A DNA stretch of 57,714 bases from assembly GCA_000437555.1 (NCBI GenBank), contig FR901028.1, positions 58,817 through 116,530 on the forward strand, in the 5' to 3' direction. This DNA comes from Acidaminococcus sp. CAG:917 (lineage in GTDB: Bacteria; Bacillota; Clostridia; Christensenellales; CAG-917). Below, one piece after another: positions 38,887 to 47,649 of this stretch. The position numbers and the translations under genes were made by a program. Position 1 is the first letter of the stretch, and each line of letters starts with the position of its first letter. The notes under the pieces were generated by a model. It searched no databases and was not told where the DNA came from. It was given only the letters and a program-made list of their open reading frames with translations.

Positions 38887-39417
38887 TTTATCCTACCGAG
38901 CAAGAGCAAAAAATTCTGCCCTGCTTAAATGCTGTGTAAAGCCTGTATATTTTAGCATAGTGCGCCTTTAATGTCAAACGTATGCAATCTTTAGAGAACC
39001 CTTTAATATTGTTGACAATTTAAAGAGCAATTTTTTCAATTTTTTTTATAATTTTGTTTATTTCATTTTCGTTTAATAATCTGCTGTTATAGTCGGGGTG
39101 CGATAAAGTTTAGCACAAATTTTCCTTCCCCCCTTTTAGCGGCAAAAGATAAACCTCGTTTTGTCTTTTGCCGCGTCTATTATAGGGAAATCTATTTCGG
39201 ACTTTTCGCACAAAGACGTCGTTAAATCTTTCGCATCAAAAATAAAAACTTATTTAAGCGTGAATATGAGTCAGTTTATCAGATACTCAAAAATGGCGAC
39301 AAAACGCAGGTAAGAGCTCGTTTTGTTTAATGACACAAAAAAGCAAAACTCAATTATCCTTGCCTTTTTTACTCTTTTTTGTTAAAATTCGGCTATAATA
39401 ATTATGAGGAAACATAA

Positions 39418-40887
39418 TTGAATACGTCTAAAACAAGAGAAAAAATAGAAAACGGAATCGGCAAAATTCCGGCTAAGATAAAAGACTTTTTTTATTCCGA
39501 CGTTTATATTTTAGCGGTGGCATTGATTTCGTTTATTGCATGGGCAAGCGGAATTATCGCTTTAGGGTTTATTCTTATAATACTTATTGCGTCTTTTGCT
39601 TTGATAATAATCGATGACGCCCAACCTATGTTTCCGCTTTTATTTTTCGTTCCTTTTTGCATTTCCGACACGACCGACATTTCGCAGTATTACCCTCTGC
39701 TCCCCTTTTTGGCAATCCTTATTGCGGCGCTTGTCTTTCATATAGTTTTTTACCGACCGAAAAAGTTTAAAACGGGCGAGGCGTTTTATTCTCAGATTGC
39801 CGTTTCCGTCGCCCTTATATTGGGCGGCTGCACCTCCGTTTCGGCGCAAAGATATCTCGGAGCGCTTTCTTACACATTGTTGCTCGGCGTGGGCGTGCTC
39901 TTTGTTTACGTCGTTTTCAGGAATTATATTAAAAATTCAAAGATTGATTCATACGATTATATGGCGAAGACGCTGATGTATATGGGGCTTGTCATGGTGC
40001 TTCAGATTTTCACCTATTACGCCCGCCACCGTTTCGGCACGGATATTTCCACATGGAACGCCTATGAATGGATAAATCTCGGTTGGGGCATCGACAACAA
40101 CGCGGCGACGTTGTTGCTCATTGCCGCTCCGGCAACGTTTTATCTGTCGACAAAATCGCATCGACCTTTCCCATTTCTTCTATTAGGATTTGTGCAATAT
40201 GCCGCCATAATACTCTCGTTTTCGAGAGGCTCTATATTGGTGGCGCTTGTCACCGCGCCTTTTGTAGTTCTTTTGACGCTGTGGAAAGCCGAAAACAAAT
40301 GGGAAACGTTTATCGTTTGCGCCGCCGCGGTTATGTTTGTATTTGTGGCAATCTTGGCTCTGTATAAAGAAATTAATGCCATGACGGCACAGATTTTTGT
40401 AGACGGAATTTCATCGAACAGCAGAGTAGCGCTTTACCTTGAGGCGCTCGAGTGTTTTAAAAATCATCCGCTTTTCGGAGTGGGAGGAGGATATAACGGC
40501 ACTAACTTTGAAAATCACGTCGTCGAGGTCGTTTTTTATTGGTTCCATTCCACACCCTTTGAAATCATAGGCGGCTACGGACTTTTGGGTATAGCGGCAT
40601 ACGGATACAATTATTATAAGAGAATAAAAGTCACCACAAGGGATATGTTCAAAGATTCCTTTACGCAGTTTATTATACTTTCCGTTCTGGGGTTTGAACT
40701 CTATTCGCTTGTCGATACGGGCACTTTTGTTCCCATACCCAATATGTTTATAATATTCTCGCTTATGGCTCTTATGGAATTCGTGCAGCAAAACGACAAA
40801 TCTATAAACAAATTTTTGAGCGGCAACAGTCAGTGTGCATATTGCCGAATTGCACGCCAAAGGGCAAATATCCGCAAAGCCGCATAG
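39418..40887 (+). CDS. O-antigen ligase/polymerase-family (Wzy_C-like) polytopic membrane protein
   Basis: At least 10 TM helices and the loop motif FSRGSILVAL. The TTG start comes from the track and is uncertain. Confidence 0.65.
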   Translation: MNTSKTREKIENGIGKIPAKIKDFFYSDVYILAVALISFIAWASGIIALGFILIILIASFALIIIDDAQPMFPLLFFVPFCISDTTDISQYYPLLPFLAILIAALVFHIVFYRPKKFKTGEAFYSQIAVSVALILGGCTSVSAQRYLGALSYTLLLGVGVLFVYVVFRNYIKNSKIDSYDYMAKTLMYMGLVMVLQIFTYYARHRFGTDISTWNAYEWINLGWGIDNNAATLLLIAAPATFYLSTKSHRPFPFLLLGFVQYAAIILSFSRGSILVALVTAPFVVLLTLWKAENKWETFIVCAAAVMFVFVAILALYKEINAMTAQIFVDGISSNSRVALYLEALECFKNHPLFGVGGGYNGTNFENHVVEVVFYWFHSTPFEIIGGYGLLGIAAYGYNYYKRIKVTTRDMFKDSFTQFIILSVLGFELYSLVDTGTFVPIPNMFIIFSLMALMEFVQQNDKSINKFLSGNSQCAYCRIARQRANIRKAA

Positions 40888-41054
40888 ACCGTAAAACTAA
40901 AACCGCCATATAAGGGCACAAAACCAAGCGATATCCGCCCGACTTATTCCCATTTAAAGAGCATAGGCTTAAGGCGTTAAAACAAAAATAAAAATCAAAA
41001 GATACCACCGTCAAATTCGTTGTTTTCGTCTTCGTTTTGCGGTAAAATGAACTT

Positions 41055-41813
41055 ATGATAATAATATACAGATTTTTAAAATCTTTACTCGACAAAATTT
41101 TTGCGCTTATCGGCATTATAATTTTTATGCCGCTTATTATCATACTTTCAATCGCAGTAGCCATAGATAGCAAGGGCCCCGCCATTTTCCTGCAAGAGAG
41201 AGTGGGTAAAGGCGAAAAGATTTTTAAAATGGTCAAATTCCGCACTATGCGCACGACGGGTATTCCATTCGACATAAACAACCCGGTTATAGAAGACGAT
41301 AATCAAAACCTTACCAAGGTAGGCAGGTTTATAAGACGTTTTAAACTTGACGAATTTTTGCAACTTTTTAACGTGCTTAAAGGTGATATGAGTTTTATAG
41401 GTCCCCGCCCTTTGCTCCCCGTTTATTTAGAGCAGTATCAGCCGTGGGAAAAGGAAAAGTTTAAACTAAAACCCGGTATGAGCGGGCTTGCCCAAGTCAA
41501 CGGAAACGGCCACCTTTCGGGAGCGGAAAGAAGCTACTATGACGTGTTGTATATAAAAAAGGAAAATCCTTTTACCGATTTGGGTATTGTTTTTAAAACG
41601 CTTTTAGTCGTTCTGCGCGGAGAAGAAAAATACTTAAGGCACGTAAGCGAAAAAGAACTGAACTTAATTAGCGAGGAATTTGAAACTACGGGAAAAATTT
41701 CAAGAAAAAAATATAAAGCGTGCTCCGAAGGTATTAAAGTTAAAAAGGATTCCGAAACAAAAGGCGATAGTTCTACAAAAGCTGAATCGCCCGACAAAAC
41801 TTATGGCGAATAA
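41055..41813 (+). CDS. polyprenyl-phosphate sugar-phosphate transferase (small bacterial sugar transferase family)
   Basis: One TM helix, then KMVKFRTM, FIGPRP and PGMSGLAQV blocks. The C-terminal ~60 aa is a charged tail. Confidence 0.85.
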   Translation: MIIIYRFLKSLLDKIFALIGIIIFMPLIIILSIAVAIDSKGPAIFLQERVGKGEKIFKMVKFRTMRTTGIPFDINNPVIEDDNQNLTKVGRFIRRFKLDEFLQLFNVLKGDMSFIGPRPLLPVYLEQYQPWEKEKFKLKPGMSGLAQVNGNGHLSGAERSYYDVLYIKKENPFTDLGIVFKTLLVVLRGEEKYLRHVSEKELNLISEEFETTGKISRKKYKACSEGIKVKKDSETKGDSSTKAESPDKTYGE

Positions 41814-41997
41814 AGTACAAATACGTTTTATTTGATTTCAGGAAGGCAAAATACCCGCCGGTTTTTGTCTTCTTTTTTTATAGCTTCTTTTAGTTTTATA
41901 TTCCAAAATATGGAAAAAATTTTTTAAATTATTTCCTTTTTTTGCTTTTAATTATGAGGAAAGTGATATACAATATTAATAATAAACGGAGGGGTAT

Positions 41998-42177
41998 ATG
42001 ATAGCGACGACAGATATTCAAACAATGCGCAACGAATTGAAACAAAAGAGCGAAAATCTTTTTAATGCCCTTATCGATTGCAATACACAGGAAGAATTTG
42101 ACGATTTGCGCTCCGCATATATCGAAACGGTAAAACAGCTCGAAGCTTTAGACGACTCTATCCCTAAACGAGGCTAA
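41998..42177 (+). CDS. unlisted small ORF, 59-aa predicted helical protein
   Basis: GGAGGGG RBS 4 nt before ATG 41998. Sequence MIATTDIQTMRNELKQKSENLFNALIDCNTQEEFDDLRSAYIETVKQLEALDDSIPKRG. A terminator follows at 42186-42212. Confidence 0.55.
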   Translation: MIATTDIQTMRNELKQKSENLFNALIDCNTQEEFDDLRSAYIETVKQLEALDDSIPKRG

Positions 42178-42185
42178 ACGAAATT

Positions 42186-42212
42186 AAAAACAACGCCAAG
42201 CGTTGTTTTTTT
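42186..42212 (+). terminator. intrinsic terminator
   Basis: AAAAACAACGC-caa-GCGTTGTTTTTTT. Confidence 0.8.
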
Positions 42213-42385
42213 ATACTTTTATTTCTTTTCATTCTATCGTTAAATTGCCTTTACGGTTTGTTGCCCTATACTTTGCTGTCTGAACGGATAATACGCTTTT
42301 TAAAGATTTTGTTTGTTTTTTAATTTATATCCTTGATTTAATAGTTTGACCTTTTTATAAAAGCATAATTTTAAAATTTAATAAT

Positions 42386-43357
42386 TTAATATTGCTTTAA
42401 TATATCCGACAGCATTTCTTTAAACCGGTCAATCACGGCTGCGGGCGATACGATTTTAAGTCTGTTTTTAAATGTGGCGCACCAAGCAAAAAAAGTAGGG
42501 CTTATCTGCACGTTTACGGTGACGTCAAATTTGCCGTCGGAGCATGCCGTCATCTTAACTTTTTCACCGAAACGGTCGACGATAATCGTTGACATGGAAT
42601 TGTCACATCTCAGCGTCACCTTTTCGCTCTCCCCGAAAAACATCGAGAAACTTTGCCTTGGGTGCTTGTTATAATTGAAACTCTTTACACACTCAGACGG
42701 TTTGATATCCTCGTCGGTAACGGTTACGTCTTCCGTTTTGTCTATGCGGTAGCTTGACAGTTCATCGTGATTGTCGCTGTATGCCACGAGATAATAGTTA
42801 TCCTCGCTTATCACCAAAGCCACGGGATTCAATATATATTTAGCCCCGCCTTTGCGATATACTTTTTTGCCGTTTATGTCGAAATCGAAATATTTAAACG
42901 AAACCTTCTTTTTTAAACTTATGCCGTCCAACAGAGTATCGACGCTGTAAAAAACCTTATCGTTCGAATGCTTTACCGCATCAAAACAGACAACTCCTCT
43001 TTTTAAAAGTTCTCCTTTATAGGGTCCCGCCTTGCGCGCTATTTTTTCGGCAAGCGAATCGGTCTTTTTAGCGGAAATAAACCTTGCCGCCTCCACCGCG
43101 TCAAGCAAAATTTTCAGTTCCGCCACGTCGAAGTCGGAATTGACAAGATAATATCCGCTGCTATATCCCATTCTTACCTTGACAACGTCGTAGCCGTTTT
43201 CCGCCAAAACTTTAAAATCGTCATAGAGAGCCTTTCTTTCCGCCTCGATTCCCTCTGAATAGAGAGCCTCGGATATCTCTGACAGCGTGAGCGGATGTGA
43301 TTCATCGCTTTTTGTTTTAAGTATTTCAATTAGCTTTAAAATTCTTTCTTTCGCCAT
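42386..43357 (-). CDS. WYL-domain transcriptional regulator (wHTH-WYL-WCX architecture)
   Basis: N-terminal HTH ILKLIEILKTKSDESHPLTLSEISEAL. Central WYL-type block VSFKYFDFDINGKKVYRKGGAKYILNPVALVISEDNYYLVAYS...YRIDK. Confidence 0.8.
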   Translation of the reverse strand: MAKERILKLIEILKTKSDESHPLTLSEISEALYSEGIEAERKALYDDFKVLAENGYDVVKVRMGYSSGYYLVNSDFDVAELKILLDAVEAARFISAKKTDSLAEKIARKAGPYKGELLKRGVVCFDAVKHSNDKVFYSVDTLLDGISLKKKVSFKYFDFDINGKKVYRKGGAKYILNPVALVISEDNYYLVAYSDNHDELSSYRIDKTEDVTVTDEDIKPSECVKSFNYNKHPRQSFSMFFGESEKVTLRCDNSMSTIIVDRFGEKVKMTACSDGKFDVTVNVQISPTFFAWCATFKNRLKIVSPAAVIDRFKEMLSDILKQY

Positions 43358-43623
43358 ATCGGTTTTAATATATCATAAAAAGAATAAAATAAAAAGGCAA
43401 ACAAGTTATTTTGTCGCCTTTTTATTCTTCGCGCCCGATTTGGAGAATACTTTTTACGGCGCGAAAAGCTTTTTATTTGTATGACAAAACGTTTTTTGAA
43501 ATTATCTTATATATCTGCCTCACCTGCTTGTTATTGATATACCCTTAAAAGTTTAACTCAACCCGTGTTTTTATTTCTCGGTTAAAACAACCGTTTATTA
43601 TACTTTACCGCAATATAGTCCGT

Positions 43624-43932
43624 TTAAATAAACTCGGCATAAGGCGATACCCTTTCAATCTCCATCCGGCTCATTATGCTTTTTAATTTTCCGGGCATAT
43701 AGCCCCTCTTGAAAAAAGGGTCGTTAGCGTTTACCGCCACCAGATAATCGTAGCTGTCTCGGTCGATTTCCGTTACGGATATAATGGGGTTTTTTAACTC
43801 TTTATTGACGTGCGCTTCCTGTTTTGCTATTTCCACGGCTTCCTTGAGGTTCGGCGCTTTTACGGCAAAACTTATAGGGACGTAAGCGTTTTTTTTGAAA
43901 ATTCCGCATTTTGCTATTACTCTGAAAAACAT
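43624..43932 (-). CDS. hypothetical 102-aa protein
   Basis: AGGAGG lies 8 nt before ATG 43932 (MFFRVIAKCGIFKKNAYVPISF...). The track start at 44013 has no RBS. No family recognised. Confidence 0.6.
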   Translation of the reverse strand: MFFRVIAKCGIFKKNAYVPISFAVKAPNLKEAVEIAKQEAHVNKELKNPIISVTEIDRDSYDYLVAVNANDPFFKRGYMPGKLKSIMSRMEIERVSPYAEFI

Positions 43933-43991
43933 ATTTTCTTCCTCCTTGCTTTCAATTACGGCTTTATTGTATATCGGTTTTTTAAAAACTC

Positions 43992-44009
43992 TGTCCGAAA
44001 TTTCGGACA
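43992..44009. promoter_or_regulatory. perfect 18-bp palindrome TGTCCGAAATTTCGGACA (candidate operator)
   Basis: It sits 60-77 bp upstream of ATG 43932, next to a TACAAT -10-like element on the minus strand. Confidence 0.45.
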
Positions 44010-44374
44010 CCAATTTATGTTTTTTATACCGTATAAAGCGTGTATCGCAAAAATGTTTAACTAATCCGAAAATGTGTCAATTAAAAACGTCAATTTATAT
44101 TAAATTTCAAGTCACGTTATTTATAAAAAAGTTGTTTTTTGACGGTTGCCCTTTTTCGGTTAAAGCTTTTGCCGCCGTTGCGTAAAAGGTTTTAGTTAAT
44201 ATAATTTTTCGGGCAAATAAATTAAGGGCATATCGTTTTATGGAAATAATAAAAAAATTCAGATGATTTGCCCTAAACATTTTTTGGTCGCATATTTGAG
44301 TATAATATCTTGTATGTGTAGCAAAATAAAATAGTCGAAAGACAAATTAAAAACAAATTTAAACGGAGGAACGA

Positions 44375-44521
44375 ATGAAAAAGATTTTCAAAACAGGTCA
44401 AAAACCCGGCAGAGGCGTTTACGATTGCACAAACTGCCACACAAAGGTTGAACTTGAAGCACAATCCAAGATGCCGCCTTGCCCTAAATGCACCAACAAC
44501 GAATTTACCAAGGAACGCTAA
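44375..44521 (+). CDS. unlisted small ORF, 48-aa zinc-ribbon protein
   Basis: GGAGG lies 5 nt before the ATG. Sequence MKKIFKTGQKPGRGVYDCTNCHTKVELEAQSKMPPCPKCTNNEFTKER, with two CxxC pairs. Confidence 0.6.
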   Translation: MKKIFKTGQKPGRGVYDCTNCHTKVELEAQSKMPPCPKCTNNEFTKER

Positions 44522-44694
44522 GCTTTATATTTTTTAACTTCCGTCAACGCCCGACAAACGTTTTATAGGGCGCAAAACTAAAGTGACGGATTAATATAAT
44601 AAGTATAAAGAAAATGCGTATAACAACAGGCATTTTAAATCAAGAGCAATTTTTGATAAAATTTATATGTAAGATTTGCGCTATGCGCAAAAAT

Positions 44695-44721
44695 AAAGAA
44701 GGGGTGTTCCCCTTCTTTTTT
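44695..44721. terminator. intrinsic terminator (bidirectional)
   Basis: AAAGAAGGGG-tgtt-CCCCTTCTTTTTT. Confidence 0.8.
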
Positions 44722-44814
44722 ATATGCCTCGGTTTTTCTTTCCCGTTTATTCAAGAGGCTAAGTAAAAGATATTTTAAGCCTTATTTTGTTGAATAACAA
44801 TAAGCGCTTTAAAA

Positions 44815-45858
44815 CTATTTTCCTTTTAAAACCTCATAAGCCAAAGCCGGATTATCCGTTATGATTGCGTCTGCCCTCGATTTTATCAAAGAACGCATCT
44901 CGTCTTTATCGTTTATTGTCCAATACTGCACTGCGATGTCGTAATGGTGGCAATAATCGATAAAAGCCGCCCCGCCCGTTTTAAAAAATTTGAGGTTAGG
45001 TATTTGCAAAACTTCAAACTTTACGCCGTATTTATTTAAATTTACGTTAAACAAAAATCTATAATATGTCAAAAGAGCTTCGGCAGGCGACGCCGACCTT
45101 GCCAAAGAGGGATATTTTTCATCGAGGTATTTTAATGTTTCCGATTTAAAAGAACCTATAATTACCTTATCGGTCAATCCCTTTTGGGATAAAATTTCAT
45201 AAACCTTATCCGCGGCTCTTTTCCCGAGACTTCCGCCGTCTTTTATTTCCACTATGTATCTTAAGTCGCTCCTTTTAGCTTCACAATATGCAAGAACTTC
45301 TTCAAAAGCGGGAATTTTTACCTGTTCGGGAATATCGTTTCCCCTCAGTCCTCTGTATGGCATAGTTCCGTTTTCGGCTAAAAAGTTTTCCCCCATATTG
45401 AGCTGTTTTAACTCAGTCAGAGTTTTCTCGCTCGCCTTTACTTTTTCTTTGCCGAAAAATTCAGCCGAATTGCTCGTCCTGTCAAGAGTTTCGTCGTGAA
45501 GCAGCACAAGTTCGTTATCCTTGGTAAGTCTTAGGTCGAATTCTAAAATATCGACGCTGTATTCGACAGATTCAAGGCAGTTGATAAATGCGCTCATTGT
45601 ATTCTCGGGCGCAAGAGCTCCGCCCGCTCTGTGAGCAGACAAGAGCGCGCGCTCGTCAAACAGAATAAACGGATTGTCCCCGTCATAACTGAGCACGGGG
45701 TCTACCCTTTGTAAAGAAGACGTCGCAACGGGAAGAAGAAGCAAAAGAGTTATTAAAACATACACGCAAAACATGACGCCTAAAATTTTAAACGCCTTTT
45801 TCGTTCTGTATATGTGTCCGAAATTTTTTCGGATTTTACTCTCCCGCAAAAATTCCAT
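44815..45858 (-). CDS. glycerophosphodiester phosphodiesterase (GDPD family), membrane-anchored
   Basis: N-terminal TM helix, then SAHRAGGALAPENTMSAF and EFDLRLTKDNELVLLHDETLDRTS. Confidence 0.85.
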   Translation of the reverse strand: MEFLRESKIRKNFGHIYRTKKAFKILGVMFCVYVLITLLLLLPVATSSLQRVDPVLSYDGDNPFILFDERALLSAHRAGGALAPENTMSAFINCLESVEYSVDILEFDLRLTKDNELVLLHDETLDRTSNSAEFFGKEKVKASEKTLTELKQLNMGENFLAENGTMPYRGLRGNDIPEQVKIPAFEEVLAYCEAKRSDLRYIVEIKDGGSLGKRAADKVYEILSQKGLTDKVIIGSFKSETLKYLDEKYPSLARSASPAEALLTYYRFLFNVNLNKYGVKFEVLQIPNLKFFKTGGAAFIDYCHHYDIAVQYWTINDKDEMRSLIKSRADAIITDNPALAYEVLKGK

Positions 45859-46084
45859 ATTTTTATTTTACCACTTCGTACCGACGCTTTCAACTTCTAT
45901 TTTATTGCGCCGCTTTAAATTAATAGTGGGCGCCGATAAACTTTTGCGCACAAGTCAAATTATATTTTTCTTTCGCCTTAGACTTTGCAATTTTTAAAAT
46001 TGCTTGACGTATACTTTTTAAATCGGAAAAATCAACGGTATATAATTTACGGATAATACATAAGACAAAATATAAATTTAAATT

Positions 46085-46112
46085 AAAAACGTCGGTTAAC
46101 CCGACGAAAAAA
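46085..46112 (-). terminator. second hairpin/terminator downstream of spo0A
   Basis: CGTCGG-ttaac-CCGACG flanked by A/T runs. The minus strand has a T5 tail. Confidence 0.5.
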
Positions 46113-46128
46113 GCTTTATATTAAATAA

Positions 46129-46153
46129 TTAAAAAGAAAGGCAATGGCCTTTC
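46129..46153 (-). terminator. intrinsic terminator immediately after the spo0A stop
   Basis: The minus strand reads GAAAGGC-catt-GCCTTTC followed by TTTTTAATT. Confidence 0.7.
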
Positions 46154-46909
46154 TCAGCAGACGCCCTCTAAGAGCATTTTGTCGGCAACAAGTGCGATAA
46201 ATTCACCGTTTGTAGGCTTTTCGTTTGCCGAATAAACCTTGATACCGAATATGTTGTTAATGTTTTCGATTTTACCCCTGTTCCAGCTTACTTCGATTGC
46301 GTGTCTTATAGCTCTTTCCACCTTGGACGGAGTCGTCTGAAATCTTTCGGCAATCGTCGGGTAAAGCCTCTTGGTTATAGAGTTTATTATATCAGGCTCG
46401 AATATCGCCATTTTTATAGCCTCTCTCAAAAACTGATAACCTTTAATGTGAGCGGGTATTCCCACCGATATGAAAATATAAGCAATTCTCTCGTCGAGCG
46501 CCTTTGAATAGGGCTTTTCGGGGCGCACCGTCTTTTCACCTCTTGACGATTCGTTCATAAATCTCAATAGAGTGTCAAACGAAAACGGTTTGGCAAGATA
46601 ATACTGCGCGCCGTATCTTATAGATTTTGAAACAAAGCCGTCAGCGGAAAGCTGCGACATCATAATGATTGTCGGTTCCGTCTCTAATGCCGCCGTATTT
46701 ATGCTTTGCAATACGCCGAAGCCGTCAAGCTCGGGCATAACGATATCGATTAAAGCAAAGTTCGGGCTGAGTTTTTCGATAGCCGTTACGGCTTCTCGAC
46801 CGTCTGAAGCAATCCCCACTATTTCATAGTCATTCGTCTTGTTGAAGTAGTCTTTCAGCTGTTCAACGAAAGCTGTATTGTCATCTGCAATAACTATTGT
46901 TTTTTTCAT
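46154..46909 (-). CDS. spo0A: sporulation master regulator Spo0A
   Basis: Receiver domain (IVIADDN..., LIDIVMPELDG) plus the diagnostic Spo0A C-domain GIPAHIKGYQFLREAI...ITKRLYPTIAERFQTTPSKVERAIRHAIEVSWNRG. Confidence 0.95.
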   Translation of the reverse strand: MKKTIVIADDNTAFVEQLKDYFNKTNDYEIVGIASDGREAVTAIEKLSPNFALIDIVMPELDGFGVLQSINTAALETEPTIIMMSQLSADGFVSKSIRYGAQYYLAKPFSFDTLLRFMNESSRGEKTVRPEKPYSKALDERIAYIFISVGIPAHIKGYQFLREAIKMAIFEPDIINSITKRLYPTIAERFQTTPSKVERAIRHAIEVSWNRGKIENINNIFGIKVYSANEKPTNGEFIALVADKMLLEGVC

Positions 46910-46986
46910 GCTTCTCCTCCTAAAATTTAAAAAACAGCATTTTACTCATATATTTTTAGCTTCATAAGGAGTATTTTAATCTAGTT

Positions 46987-46993
46987 TGTCGAA
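46987..46993 (+). promoter_or_regulatory. consensus 0A box TGTCGAA upstream of spo0A
   Basis: Exact match to the 7-mer, ~80 bp upstream of the spo0A ATG. Confidence 0.5.
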
Positions 46994-47083
46994 GGGTAAC
47001 GGTAATTTCATAAAAAAATAAAAATTTGCCTTTCTTGGTATTATTATATCACCATTTTTTCGCTATGGCAATTTTTTGAAGAA

Positions 47084-47160
47084 TATTTTCACTTATTTTT
47101 CACGTTTTTTTCACCTATTTTTCACCATTTTTCGTCAAAATTATTCTTATTTCGTCATTT
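47084..47160. repeat. helically phased T-tract repeats (TTTTTCAC x4 at an 11-bp pitch, then TTTCGTCA x2)
   Basis: CAC/CGTC cores at 47090, 47101, 47112, 47123, 47133 and 47153. The two TTCGTCA elements are TGACGAA (0A-box-like TGNCGAA) on the minus strand. Confidence 0.65.
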
Positions 47161-47239
47161 TTTTATTTTTAGCAAATCGAGTATATTTTTTCTCTTTTGG
47201 GACAACATATTATTGAACGAAAGTTCAAAGGAGAAAGAT

Positions 47240-47350
47240 ATGGCAAACACGAGTAAATCTGTTAAGTCACAAAGAAGCTCTAAAAACTGCGGCAGCAAGT
47301 CTGTTAAGAACTGCGGAAGCGGTTGCGGTTGCGATAAGGCTTCAAAATAA
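47240..47350 (+). CDS. unlisted small ORF, 36-aa Lys/Ser/Cys-rich peptide
   Basis: AAGGAG lies 7 nt before the ATG. Sequence MANTSKSVKSQRSSKNCGSKSVKNCGSGCGCDKASK. A strong terminator follows at 47376-47419. Confidence 0.5.
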   Translation: MANTSKSVKSQRSSKNCGSKSVKNCGSGCGCDKASK

Positions 47351-47375
47351 TTAAGGCAAAGTCTTTAATTAAATA

Positions 47376-47419
47376 AAATATCCGACGGTTTGCATTGACA
47401 TTCCGTCGGATATTTTTTA
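47376..47419. terminator. bidirectional intrinsic terminator
   Basis: ATATCCGACGG-14 nt-CCGTCGGATAT with flanking A and T runs. Confidence 0.75.
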
Positions 47420-47584
47420 TTTTTTGCTTTAAAAGTCTTTTAAAATATTTAGCGACAGTGTCTTAACTTTTAACTGGCTTTTATTCGATATAAGACTAAA
47501 CGAACGGAAGGTTAAACTTGTTGATGTTTCCATCTGTAATTCAGCCTCCTCATTTGCGGTATAAATTAATACGCGCTGCCTTTA

Positions 47585-47612
47585 TTGACAAATTTTTTTA
47601 CCGAATTATAAT
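47585..47612 (+). promoter_or_regulatory. promoter of the acetyltransferase gene
   Basis: TTGACA-16 nt-TATAAT. Confidence 0.55.
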
Positions 47613-47649
47613 AAAATAAAAAAAACAACAGCTTATATCAAGAGGGTTT

